Source of the DNA: a virus
Direction: 5' to 3' (one strand)
Length of the DNA: 41,918 nucleotides
Virus record (IMG/VR): IMGVR_UViG_3300045988_009872
In this document: one piece after another, positions 25,396 to 33,874 of the stretch
Position numbering within the stretch: the stretch's first letter is position 1
How the letters are laid out: each line of letters begins with the position of its first letter
Notes under the pieces: generated by a model
Seen by the model: only the letters and a program-made list of their open reading frames with translations
Databases searched by the model: none
What the model was told of the DNA's origin: nothing
Position numbers and translations under genes: made by a program

Positions 25396-25960
25396 TCATC
25401 ACCACCTCGCACTTTTATTTGCTACCAGCCCCCGCCCCTTGGCCTTACATAGCAGTCTTTACCCGCCCCGAGGGGCACATCTGGTGCGGCATTGCAGTCC
25501 TGCCCTGCTTTAGCGCTTCAGGGAAAGTCCCCGTCACTCGCTGTGGTCTCCCCTTACGGGGCACCTATGCCGTATATCTCCGCAACGAGCCGGTCGGCGC
25601 TCCGGCATCTCCAACAGCATGAGCATTTGCGTCCTCACGTCCGGGCGGAAGCTGCCTGTTCTGCCCTTCGTTGCGGTGCTGCCGTCTAAAACTGCCATCA
25701 CCATGCGCAATCACGGTGACGTGCTGGAACTCCGGTAGCGTAGTTTGTGGGCATGTCCCCGCTGGGCCACATCGTCGAGAGGTGCGCGGGGTCCTGTGCC
25801 GCATGAGAGGCGCGACCTCTCGGCCCTGATCGTGGGCTGCATCGTGCGTGCGGCAAATCGCGGGGGGGCGGTGTGAAAAGATAAAAAGCACCGCGCCCCG
25901 CTATGGCGCAGGAGGCTGAACGCCATAAATGAGAGAACCGCAAAGGCTTTTACACCTCTG
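25396..25960 (-). ncRNA. long GC-rich structured 5' leader / candidate ncRNA upstream of terS
   Basis: About 565 nt with no credible ORF. All three minus frames are open with Arg/Pro-rich translations. Stable hairpins lie at 25860-25901, 25903-25926 and 25550-25561 (GUAA tetraloop). Four GGCAG repeats are present. Confidence 0.5.
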
Positions 25961-25967
25961 CGATTCT

Positions 25968-25976
25968 ATTATCTCA
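25968..25976 (-). promoter_or_regulatory. candidate late promoter (extended -10, TGaGATAAT)
   Basis: The minus strand reads TGAGATAAT with a poor -35. This fits an activator-dependent late promoter downstream of the RinA-like gene. Confidence 0.35.
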
Positions 25977-26004
25977 TAAGCAAATGGCTTTTTAAGGCCA
26001 ACCT

Positions 26005-26316
26005 TTAATCATCAAGCAGCCCGTAATTCCGCGCGACGCACTTGATGAAATCCGTATGCCATCGTCTCGCCGTCCGGTCGGAACAGTTAACCGCCATCGC
26101 CGCACCTTCGAGTGTATGGGTCTTGTCCCAGAACACAAGGCGGATAAATTTCAAGCGCTCTTCGCCGTCTTTCATTGGCCTTGTTTCGCTCACCGCTTTT
26201 CGCACAGCGTTGTTTTCTAACAAAGCCACTCCATGCAACTCCTGCTCTCGATCTGGGTCGTAGCGGCGGATAATGGCTTTTACATAGCCCCACCAACTAT
26301 ACCGAGGTTTACTCAT
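26005..26316 (-). CDS. RinA-like late transcriptional activator (sigma region-4-like HTH)
   Basis: The C-terminus LKFIRLVFWDKTHTLEGAAMAVNCSDRTARRWHTDFIKCVA resembles RinA/ArpU-type activators. It is the last gene before the packaging module. Confidence 0.6.
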   Translation of the reverse strand: MSKPRYSWWGYVKAIIRRYDPDREQELHGVALLENNAVRKAVSETRPMKDGEERLKFIRLVFWDKTHTLEGAAMAVNCSDRTARRWHTDFIKCVARNYGLLDD

Positions 26317-26789
26317 GGCGCGCCAGCTTTCTCTTCACCCCACGCCCACAGGTTGCGCCACGGGTGGGATTCTGCGTAATTGGCGCGCTGCTCAGCATTG
26401 CTCCATTGCTGATGCATATAATCGCGTTCTTCTTCAACCTGTCGGCAGCCAACCGTCATTCTCGATACCTCTGCATTCGCCCGCCCAAGCGCCGCCTCAG
26501 TGTTATTGAGTTTGTTTTCCAAGTCGGCAACTTCTCGCTTCGATGCCTGCCACGCTCTCCAATACTGCTGCCTCTGATCGTTCAAATGCTGAGCCGAGTT
26601 TTTGGCTGAATCAAAGTCCGCTTTCAGCTTCTTGATCTCGTTGGCATTGTTGATGGCTTCGCCGTTCATCTGGCTGATCTGCTCGGTCAGGGTGGCGTTT
26701 CCCCGCTTTAATTCCTGCACGTCTGCCTGCGCGTCCTCCACCATCTTTGCCATCTGGTCTTTGATGTACTTCTTTACGTTGATGCTCAT
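26313..26789 (-). CDS. coiled-coil hypothetical protein
   Basis: Trimmed to the ATG at 26789, after GGAAGGAG. Confidence 0.6.
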   Translation of the reverse strand: MSINVKKYIKDQMAKMVEDAQADVQELKRGNATLTEQISQMNGEAINNANEIKKLKADFDSAKNSAQHLNDQRQQYWRAWQASKREVADLENKLNNTEAALGRANAEVSRMTVGCRQVEEERDYMHQQWSNAEQRANYAESHPWRNLWAWGEEKAGAP

Positions 26790-26950
26790 AGCTTGGCTCC
26801 TTCCATTTTCATCTGTTCTTCCCATCCCCGGTCGCTCACGATGCTCACGACCTTGCAGTCGCCGTATCGCTCGATGTCCATTGCAATTCGCTCCTTGATG
26901 CCCTGCGCGTCAGCGGCGGGGACGTTAGCTTTAATCGTGATCGTCAGCAT
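26786..26950 (-). CDS. small hypothetical protein (54 aa)
   Basis: Below the track cutoff. ATGA overlap with the downstream gene. Translation starts MLTITIKANVPAADAQGIKERIAMDIERYGDCKVV... Confidence 0.4.
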   Translation of the reverse strand: MLTITIKANVPAADAQGIKERIAMDIERYGDCKVVSIVSDRGWEEQMKMEGAKL

Positions 26951-27173
26951 ATACGTTACCTTTCACGTGCTCTTTCCACCACAGATATTCTTTGCGCTCT
27001 CGTCGATATTCAAAAATCAGGCTTTCCGCCTTGCAAATATCGCGGAATCTGTTGCTTGCTGCAATCCATGCAGTCTCAACCAGCCACCATAAAAAGCATA
27101 ACGCTGCAAGAATCGCTGCAATGCCGCCAATCGCTATAAAGAACATTCCAACGCCTTCAACAAAAGATTCCAT
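26931..27173 (-). CDS. small membrane protein (one TM)
   Basis: Hydrophobic segment FFIAIGGIAAILAALCFLWWLV. Confidence 0.6.
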   Translation of the reverse strand: MESFVEGVGMFFIAIGGIAAILAALCFLWWLVETAWIAASNRFRDICKAESLIFEYRRERKEYLWWKEHVKGNVYADDHD

Positions 27174-27176
27174 TCG

Positions 27177-27476
27177 TTATCCCTCCTTCGGCTCTCCGTA
27201 ACTGCAAAAATCATCCGGCTCTACGCAAACAGGCTCGCCGGAATACCCGCGTTTGTTCTCTTTCGGTTCAGTGTGCAAATAGCACAGCCCGTTCGGGTGG
27301 TTGCGATAGTGCTCGCAGTCCTTGCACCGCGTCACGACCACAGCATCGACGGTGGGGGCTTTTTCGATCAAGCCAAGTAAGCCGTTCCAACCAGCACAAT
27401 ACACCGCAGGGACAACATCTCTGCTGCACCGCCCCACGCCCAATTCATCAACATCAATCAGCCTCATCGCTGTCAC
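27177..27476 (-). CDS. Cys-rich hypothetical protein
   Basis: ORF track. Contains CKDCEHY. It shares the APTVD/APAAD motif with the neighbouring gene. Confidence 0.55.
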   Translation of the reverse strand: MTAMRLIDVDELGVGRCSRDVVPAVYCAGWNGLLGLIEKAPTVDAVVVTRCKDCEHYRNHPNGLCYLHTEPKENKRGYSGEPVCVEPDDFCSYGEPKEG

Positions 27477-27759
27477 CTCCGTCCATCTTCGCGCCGCATG
27501 CAGGACAGTAGTTGGTAAATTTAGCGATCAGGTTATATCCCCGTTTGCACTCTGGGCAGATAATAATTCCACTCTCATCTTCAATCCACTGTGCGTGCAC
27601 CACTGGCGCAACGTCAGCGGCGGGGGCATCCTCGATCATGTCGATTGCGTCACCGGTGCCGCACGCACGGCATCTTACTCCGTTGTAGCTATTGCAGCCT
27701 ATGCAATAAACTTCTTTGATGCGATTAATTGTCGCCTCGCGGCTTATGAATTCAGCCAT
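27454..27759 (-). CDS. zinc-ribbon hypothetical protein
   Basis: Contains CIGC...CRAC and CPEC...CPAC pairs. Confidence 0.6.
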   Translation of the reverse strand: MAEFISREATINRIKEVYCIGCNSYNGVRCRACGTGDAIDMIEDAPAADVAPVVHAQWIEDESGIIICPECKRGYNLIAKFTNYCPACGAKMDGGDSDEAD

Positions 27760-27928
27760 TGTCAGCCCTCCTGTTCCATGCTTCGATTGCTAATAGATGA
27801 TTCAGGTACCAATGTGTTCTCGGTTCGATTGGACAGTCTCTATTTGGGCAGCATGCCCGAAAGCAGTGACCGTTTCTCTGCATAACGCCCTTGGCTCCGC
27901 AAAACGGGCAGGGTTTTAATTCAAACAT
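27752..27928 (-). CDS. Lar-family-like restriction alleviation protein (58 aa)
   Basis: Below the track cutoff. Translation: MFELKPCPFCGAKGVMQRNGHCFRACCPNRDCPIEPRTHWYLNHLLAIEAWNRRADNG. The LKPCPFCG...AIEAWNRR pattern is typical of Lar-family proteins. Confidence 0.55.
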   Translation of the reverse strand: MFELKPCPFCGAKGVMQRNGHCFRACCPNRDCPIEPRTHWYLNHLLAIEAWNRRADNG

Positions 27929-27934
27929 CTTCCA

Positions 27935-28662
<728 letters not shown>

Positions 28663-28675
<13 letters not shown>

Positions 28676-28953
28676 TCCTTTACCCCGCGAAGCGACACCG
28701 ATGCATCATCCGTGCACGGGATGATCTGGATTGCTCCCAGCACGGTCATTTCCGGAATCATCACGGTAAAACGGCAGTTGCCCGGTGCTTTCGTCCCGTC
28801 CTGTGCAAGCTGCTCAACAGCGCACGCGCCGTCCCAGCTCCACAGCTTACGCACCTCGACCATGGTAACCTCGGAGCCGGTTCTCTCCTTGATCTTGCCG
28901 AAAAACACGCCTGCGCGGTCGCAGCGAACGATATAGTCCTGATTGTTGTTCAT
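28663..28953 (-). CDS. hypothetical protein
   Basis: ORF track with an AGGAGGAA RBS. Confidence 0.6.
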
Positions 28954-28976
28954 GATAAAATTCCTCCTGATTTTTG

Positions 28977-29168
28977 TTAAAATTTGAAGCTCTCTCTGAG
29001 TTTGATCCCGTTTACCTCTGCCTCCGCCGTAAAGTAGCGGTGGCGCTCGTTGATGTACACGCCGCGCCCGTGCGCAGTCGTCTCTTTCGTGGTAACGCTC
29101 AGGATGCCGGCGCTGCCCTGAAATGCGGCAGGCTTCCAGCTAAATGGTTCTCCGATGTACATGGTCAT
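28977..29168 (-). CDS. small hypothetical protein
   Basis: ORF track. Its start overlaps the upstream gene stop by 4 nt (29165-29168). Confidence 0.5.
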   Translation of the reverse strand: MTMYIGEPFSWKPAAFQGSAGILSVTTKETTAHGRGVYINERHRYFTAEAEVNGIKLRESFKF

Positions 29169-29833
29169 TCCTCCCTAATGTCTCCGCCCCATTGCTCCGC
29201 CATAGCTTTGGCGATGCCTGGAAAAGTCTTTGCGCGGTTTTTCGCCCTATCCGTGGTAAACATACCTTTATGCTTTTCCCCATGCTTATGGCTGTAGCTA
29301 CCGCTCGGACACCATGTTGCTGCCGGTTCAACAATATTGGTCGGCTCTAACGGCTGGACACCACGCTCCCACAGCAAGGTTTTTTTGCTGAACGGGTGCC
29401 CGTATTGATAAGGCTGTATGGCTTGGGTTGGCTCTGGATACTCAAAGACTTTACTCGGCGTCGGATTCTCAATCACAACTTTTCCACAATCCGCTGCCAA
29501 AATAGCTAAAAACAGCGCTTTGCCGCACAACCCCTCATAATACCGCTTGATATTGAGCTTGCCGCCCCTATACAAGTGCCGCGCTCCGGCGTTGCTGGTT
29601 TTGGTGCAGGGCGGGAAAGCAATAATCATATCCCACCGTCCCACATCATGGGTCTGTCCGTCCATTGTGGTCACTTGCCCCCCCTCAATGGCCTTGAGCG
29701 CATCGCCCAGGATATGCCACTCCGGATGCCCGCCAGACGGTTCCTGGATGTCACAAGAGTATGCCTCGTGCCCCAATGCGCGGAACGCCTTACACACTTC
29801 CTGCGATTCCTCGCAGGCAACTAAAACCTTCAT
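29165..29833 (-). CDS. phage-type DNA cytosine-C5 methyltransferase-like protein with atypical motif I
   Basis: FPPCTKTS matches motif IV (PC) and VIENP matches motif VI. The N-terminus VLVACEESQ replaces the usual FxGxG/ACEFSG. The C-terminus is RAKTFPGIAKAMAEQW. Confidence 0.6.
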   Translation of the reverse strand: MKVLVACEESQEVCKAFRALGHEAYSCDIQEPSGGHPEWHILGDALKAIEGGQVTTMDGQTHDVGRWDMIIAFPPCTKTSNAGARHLYRGGKLNIKRYYEGLCGKALFLAILAADCGKVVIENPTPSKVFEYPEPTQAIQPYQYGHPFSKKTLLWERGVQPLEPTNIVEPAATWCPSGSYSHKHGEKHKGMFTTDRAKNRAKTFPGIAKAMAEQWGGDIREE

Positions 29834-29834
29834 C

Positions 29835-30911
29835 TCAATACCTCACTCCGATGTAATCCAGAACCCGACCGTAGCCGAGGCCCTTTTCGTTTGGCTTCCA
29901 TAGCCCATCCGTGTCCCATTCGCCGCCGCCTATGCAAAAGTCATAGTGCTTCGGGTGCGTGCGCTTCATGCGCTCGAAGCGGTTTTCGCCCTTTTCAAGG
30001 TGCGCCCCGAAACCGCAGAACATGCACCCTGTCCTCTGGCATCCCGTGCAGTGTAGTTTGCAGTCGATCAGCGTTTCGGTGTAGTCGTTCTCGCCGTCGC
30101 TGGCCACGATGTCGCCGTATACGCTGGCGATAGGTAGCTCTCGGTCTACGATGAATCGCAGCACGTCCTGCTCCGTCCAGAAACTCATGGGCTTGCCCAT
30201 CGGGCGCTTGCTATCAAAAGCGTTACACCCTGTCGCAAGCCATTTTTGAAATCTCTGCCGCCCCTCGTCCGCCATTGTCGCAACGATGGGTTTTTCTTGT
30301 GCCGTTCCTTCATACCTGTGTGCTGTGTTTTTCTTCATGATCCGGCAACACTCGGAGGATACGAGAAACGGTGCATCTAAAAGGAACCCCCAGTTATCAC
30401 AGTTGTACGCAGACGGATTGCCGTCTCTATCCAACAATTCTCCACGAAGCCGAGCCATTCGCGTGCCGTTTCCGCTCTTTCGAGCCAGCCAAACGCAATT
30501 TGCCACCTCTTTGCTCACGATGCTGTACCCGTACTTCGTAACCACCTGCCGAATGTTCATCTTCGGACGCAAGCGGTGGAGGTTGACGGTCACGCGCGGG
30601 AACTTCTCCCGCAGCCAATCCGCGTATGTGTTCACAAATTTCTGGATCTCTGGATATTCCAACCCGGTGTTCACAAACACCAGATGCAGCTCCCACGGCG
30701 GCACCCTGAAGCTCGACAGGTAACGCGCAACCAGATATGCAAGTACCGTGCTATCCTTGCCGCCTGAAAACGACACGTAGCACTTTCCATCCCATGCGGT
30801 GTACCACTGGTCGAGCTTTTCGTAGGTTAGGATTTCTTTGTCGTCCAAATCGAGGGCTAAAAGCTGTTTCGCCGCCTCCTTCGGAATCGGCTGATTGCTA
30901 TACCCTTCCAC
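29835..30911 (-). CDS. PAPS-reductase / ATP-pyrophosphatase family protein with C-terminal Cys cluster (IbrA/DndC-like)
   Basis: PP-loop SFSGGKDS. C-terminal cluster CKLHCTGCQRTGCMFCGFG. GTG start after GAGGGA. Confidence 0.7.
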   Translation of the reverse strand: MEGYSNQPIPKEAAKQLLALDLDDKEILTYEKLDQWYTAWDGKCYVSFSGGKDSTVLAYLVARYLSSFRVPPWELHLVFVNTGLEYPEIQKFVNTYADWLREKFPRVTVNLHRLRPKMNIRQVVTKYGYSIVSKEVANCVWLARKSGNGTRMARLRGELLDRDGNPSAYNCDNWGFLLDAPFLVSSECCRIMKKNTAHRYEGTAQEKPIVATMADEGRQRFQKWLATGCNAFDSKRPMGKPMSFWTEQDVLRFIVDRELPIASVYGDIVASDGENDYTETLIDCKLHCTGCQRTGCMFCGFGAHLEKGENRFERMKRTHPKHYDFCIGGGEWDTDGLWKPNEKGLGYGRVLDYIGVRY

Positions 30912-31152
30912 GGCGTCCCTCGCATTCTCCGAACAGTTCCCGGAACGTCATCCCCGTCAAATCTTCCAGCGCCAGCAGCAGCCGCACCGTTGTATCGCGG
31001 TCGCCGCGCGCCCATGCCGACACCGTAAACTGCGACATGCCGAGGGATTGCGCCAGTTCGGTTTGGTTATAGTTCATCTTTTCTAACGCTTCCTTGAGCG
31101 CCGGATAGACGCAGAACTCAAACGGCGTTTTCGGTCTCGCGATTTTGCTCAT
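30898..31152 (-). CDS. HTH DNA-binding protein (paralogue 1)
   Basis: HTH region QTELAQSLGMSQFTVSAWARG. Similar along its length to the next gene. Confidence 0.65.
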   Translation of the reverse strand: MSKIARPKTPFEFCVYPALKEALEKMNYNQTELAQSLGMSQFTVSAWARGDRDTTVRLLLALEDLTGMTFRELFGECEGRRGRV

Positions 31153-31385
31153 GCGCGTACCTCCCCGAAAGCCTCTTCAAATGTCAGCCCCGTCACCGCA
31201 AGAATCGCCTTAATCACGCGAATGCTGAATTCGTTCTTCCCCGTTGTCCATCGCCACGCGCAGAGCGGGGAAACGCCGAGCTTCTTGCTCAACTCCGGCG
31301 GCGTAATACCGGATGCCTGCAACGCTTCCCTGAGCCGCGGGTATACGACCGTCTTAAACGGCACGTGGTTCGTGTTCTCACTCAT
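31149..31385 (-). CDS. HTH DNA-binding protein (paralogue 2)
   Basis: HTH region PPELSKKLGVSPLCAWRWTTG. It shares PF..VYP.L.EAL and LTGxTFxExFGE with the neighbour. Confidence 0.65.
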   Translation of the reverse strand: MSENTNHVPFKTVVYPRLREALQASGITPPELSKKLGVSPLCAWRWTTGKNEFSIRVIKAILAVTGLTFEEAFGEVRA

Positions 31386-31824
31386 TTTCCTGCACCTCTC
31401 CGAGCAGCGTCCCGACGGTCACGCCCAGCGCTTCGGCGATGTACTGATACGTTAGCAGGAAGCTCATGCACTTTCCGGTCTCAAGGTTTCGGATGCTGTT
31501 GCGCGATACGCCCGACTTTTCCGCCAGTTTCTTCACGCCAAGCCCCCGCATGGTTCTCCATTTGCGGATGTTTGCGCCGACTTCCTCCGGCGAAAGCATC
31601 CCATCCTTTGACGGCGGAGATTCCGACAAAATATCACTTACGGAAATATTCAGTGCTTCGCTGATCTTATACAGCGTCGGCAACTTCGGGTAGTGCTCGC
31701 CCTTTTCCAGTTTCCCGATATGCCCCTGCCCGCATTCCACCATTTCGCCAAGCCGGAACTGGCTGACGCGGCGCACTTCGCGAATATTCTTGAGCCGTTC
31801 GCCCAACTCTTTTTCTGTTAACAT
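31378..31824 (-). CDS. double XRE-type HTH protein
   Basis: Two HTH_3-like units are present: LGERLKNIREVRRVSQFRLGEM and VGANIRKWRTMRGLGVKKLAEKSGVS. Confidence 0.75.
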   Translation of the reverse strand: MLTEKELGERLKNIREVRRVSQFRLGEMVECGQGHIGKLEKGEHYPKLPTLYKISEALNISVSDILSESPPSKDGMLSPEEVGANIRKWRTMRGLGVKKLAEKSGVSRNSIRNLETGKCMSFLLTYQYIAEALGVTVGTLLGEVQENE

Positions 31825-31840
31825 CTTTTCTTGCTCCCTT

Positions 31841-32038
31841 TTATTTCAGATTTTTTAGCCGCTTTTGCTTAAAACTGCGCGCCGTGCGGAAGTCGTCTCC
31901 CGCTCGATATGCTTCTTTCTGCGCCTTGCGGCTCTCCTCGCATTTGGCTTTGTCTGCCGCATAGTACGGGCAATGGCTTTGACATCCCGGATGCCTCACA
32001 GGCGGCTTGCAGATGTGGCAATGCTCAAATGCTGTCAT
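31841..32038 (-). CDS. small Cys/His-rich protein
   Basis: ORF track. Contains HCHIC...HPGCQSHCPYY. Confidence 0.5.
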   Translation of the reverse strand: MTAFEHCHICKPPVRHPGCQSHCPYYAADKAKCEESRKAQKEAYRAGDDFRTARSFKQKRLKNLK

Positions 32039-32039
32039 C

Positions 32040-32486
32040 TCACACCTCGCGGATCGTGATGCCGAACTTGTCCTGCATCAGTTTCTTTTTCAGCAGGTAG
32101 TCCTTCGTCTTCGTGCCCTTTGCGTCCTCGACCTCGCGCAGCCAGTGCACCGTGCCGTTGCAGTCCGGCTCGGTCGCCCGCTCGTAAACAAAATCCGCTC
32201 GGTAGACCATCGGCTTGATACGTTTTCCCTCGATGGTCGTGTAGCCCTCCACGAGGGTGAAATTCGCTTGCAGCCGCAGGTCGCGGATTTTGCCCATCGC
32301 ACGCAGCACTTTCAACTCGCCGAACCGCGCCGCCTCGCGCTCGGAATCAAACTTGATGCCATCGCGCACGACCTTGCGGTTTCCGTACTTGCTTTTTTGG
32401 GGCTTCTGCGTGCCTGCCAGCTTGTCAAGCACCTGCTTCTGCGCCTGCGGCCCCAGCCTTGCGAGGTCAGCTGATGTCAGCGCCAT
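32040..32486 (-). CDS. DUF1064-like (RecU/PD-(D/E)XK-like) nuclease
   Basis: Trimmed to the ATG at 32486, after GGAGGAGG. Signature KYGNRKVVRDGIKFDSEREAARFGEL. Confidence 0.7.
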   Translation of the reverse strand: MALTSADLARLGPQAQKQVLDKLAGTQKPQKSKYGNRKVVRDGIKFDSEREAARFGELKVLRAMGKIRDLRLQANFTLVEGYTTIEGKRIKPMVYRADFVYERATEPDCNGTVHWLREVEDAKGTKTKDYLLKKKLMQDKFGITIREV

Positions 32487-32850
32487 CGTCGGCCTCCTCC
32501 TTGCCGTCCGCGGGGTCATCCCGCAGGCCGACCGCAATATGCATCACGTTCTTCTCATCGACGCGCTGGTGAATCTCGTATTCCCCAAGCAGCGGGTTCA
32601 CCTTCGGCCTTTCGAGGTGAAGCGCCTTCATGCGTGGGATATCTTCTCCCGTGTCGGGGTCCTTCACTGCCTCGCCGTAGGCAAGCGCGATCTGGATAAT
32701 CCAAACGTCGACCGCCATGCGCAGCTGGTTCAACCCCTTCATATCCTCGTGCAGCTTCGCATTCGCTTTCATCAGCTCGCCGACTTTTTTCTGATATCTG
32801 CCGAGCTCGTGCTCAAGCCGTTTTACCTTGTCTCTGTTTCTTTCGCTCAT
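32467..32850 (-). CDS. hypothetical protein (coiled-coil N-terminus)
   Basis: ORF 32467..33084 trimmed to the ATG at 32850 (ATGA overlap). Confidence 0.55.
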   Translation of the reverse strand: MSERNRDKVKRLEHELGRYQKKVGELMKANAKLHEDMKGLNQLRMAVDVWIIQIALAYGEAVKDPDTGEDIPRMKALHLERPKVNPLLGEYEIHQRVDEKNVMHIAVGLRDDPADGKEEADDGADIS

Positions 32851-33053
32851 CGGTTCTCCGTCCTTTCGTAGTGCAGCGTCAGCGCCCGAGCGATCGGGCA
32901 GCGCCGCCATTCTTCGTTGGCGCAGTAGCGCCGTGTATATTCGTCCAGTTCCTCTTTTGACAGCTTGACTTGGGCGCCCTCGCAGTTGAGATAGTCGCGG
33001 TAGTCCCGCGAGTAAAACGGGCACTTGAAAATGCCCCCGCGATACCCGCTCAC
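32847..33053 (-). CDS. small Cys-containing hypothetical protein
   Basis: ORF track. Its start overlaps the DnaC-like gene end by 4 nt (33050-33053), and its stop forms an ATGA overlap with the downstream gene start at 32850. Confidence 0.55.
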   Translation of the reverse strand: MSGYRGGIFKCPFYSRDYRDYLNCEGAQVKLSKEELDEYTRRYCANEEWRRCPIARALTLHYERTENR

Positions 33054-33874
33054 GGCGCACCGCCCTCCAACACCGACTTGACATACCGCAGACGCTTATT
33101 CGCCTTGTCCCGTCGCAGGTTGTCTCCCTTAAATACCAGCGGCGTGCACATCTCGATCACGCGGTCATAAATACGCTGATAGTCCATGTTTTTCGGCTTA
33201 CACAACTCATCAAGCGTCAGGTTCGTGGTGACGATCAGCGGCTTTTTCGCCTTGTAGCGCTCGTCAATGACCGTGTATACCGTTTCCATCGCATACTCAC
33301 TGCTGCGTTCCGCGCCGAGATCATCGATCACCATCAGCGGGTAATAGTGCACCTGCTCGATGATCTCCTGCTTGTCGTATCCTGCGTTGAGGATTCGCGG
33401 GAAGCTCGTAATCATCGCCGGAATTCCGCGATCAATCAGCTCGTTGGCGATGCAAGCCGCCGCGAAGGTCTTTCCGTTGCCGGTGTTTCCCCACAGCAGA
33501 AGCCCATTGTTCTCGCGCCGCATATCGTCCCACGCGTCGGCATAGCGCTTGCATTTGACGATCTCGTCACTCATCGTCGCCGTGTCGAACCGGCACGCCG
33601 TCAGGCTCTTATCGCGGATACCGTCAGCACGCAGCGTTTCGATGCGTAGTCTCTTTTCGCGGTCAGCGCGGGCTTTCTTCTCCGCCTCGTACTCTCGCGC
33701 CGCGCAAGCGCACTGACAGCCGACAAGGCGGACGTTCCCGCCGATGGGGATGCGGCACTGCTTCGGCGTATTGCAATGGCCGCAGTACAGCAGCCCGTCT
33801 TTCTCGTAGTCGACCAGATCGCGCACAGGCTCGGCCTTTTCCGCGATGCTGTCGATCAATGCGTCAACGTTCAT
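33050..33874 (-). CDS. DnaC/IstB-like helicase loader ATPase
   Basis: Walker A GNTGNGKTF, Walker B VIDDLG, and an N-terminal Cys cluster. Confidence 0.85.
   Translation of the reverse strand: MNVDALIDSIAEKAEPVRDLVDYEKDGLLYCGHCNTPKQCRIPIGGNVRLVGCQCACAAREYEAEKKARADREKRLRIETLRADGIRDKSLTACRFDTATMSDEIVKCKRYADAWDDMRRENNGLLLWGNTGNGKTFAAACIANELIDRGIPAMITSFPRILNAGYDKQEIIEQVHYYPLMVIDDLGAERSSEYAMETVYTVIDERYKAKKPLIVTTNLTLDELCKPKNMDYQRIYDRVIEMCTPLVFKGDNLRRDKANKRLRYVKSVLEGGAP

Noticed and set aside
25565-25943. Three overlapping minus-strand ORFs (71-108 aa) and plus-strand ORFs in the terS-upstream spacer
   Set aside because: All frames are open at once because the DNA is GC-rich. The translations are Arg/Pro/Ala-rich with no RBS or coupling. 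The region is treated as non-coding leader instead.
25396-26004. cos site with an HNH endonuclease remnant upstream of terS
   Set aside because: No HNH-like frame or motif is visible in any frame, and the terminase looks PBSX/headful-type. A pac or TerS-binding role for the GGCAG repeats remains possible and is noted in the leader finding.
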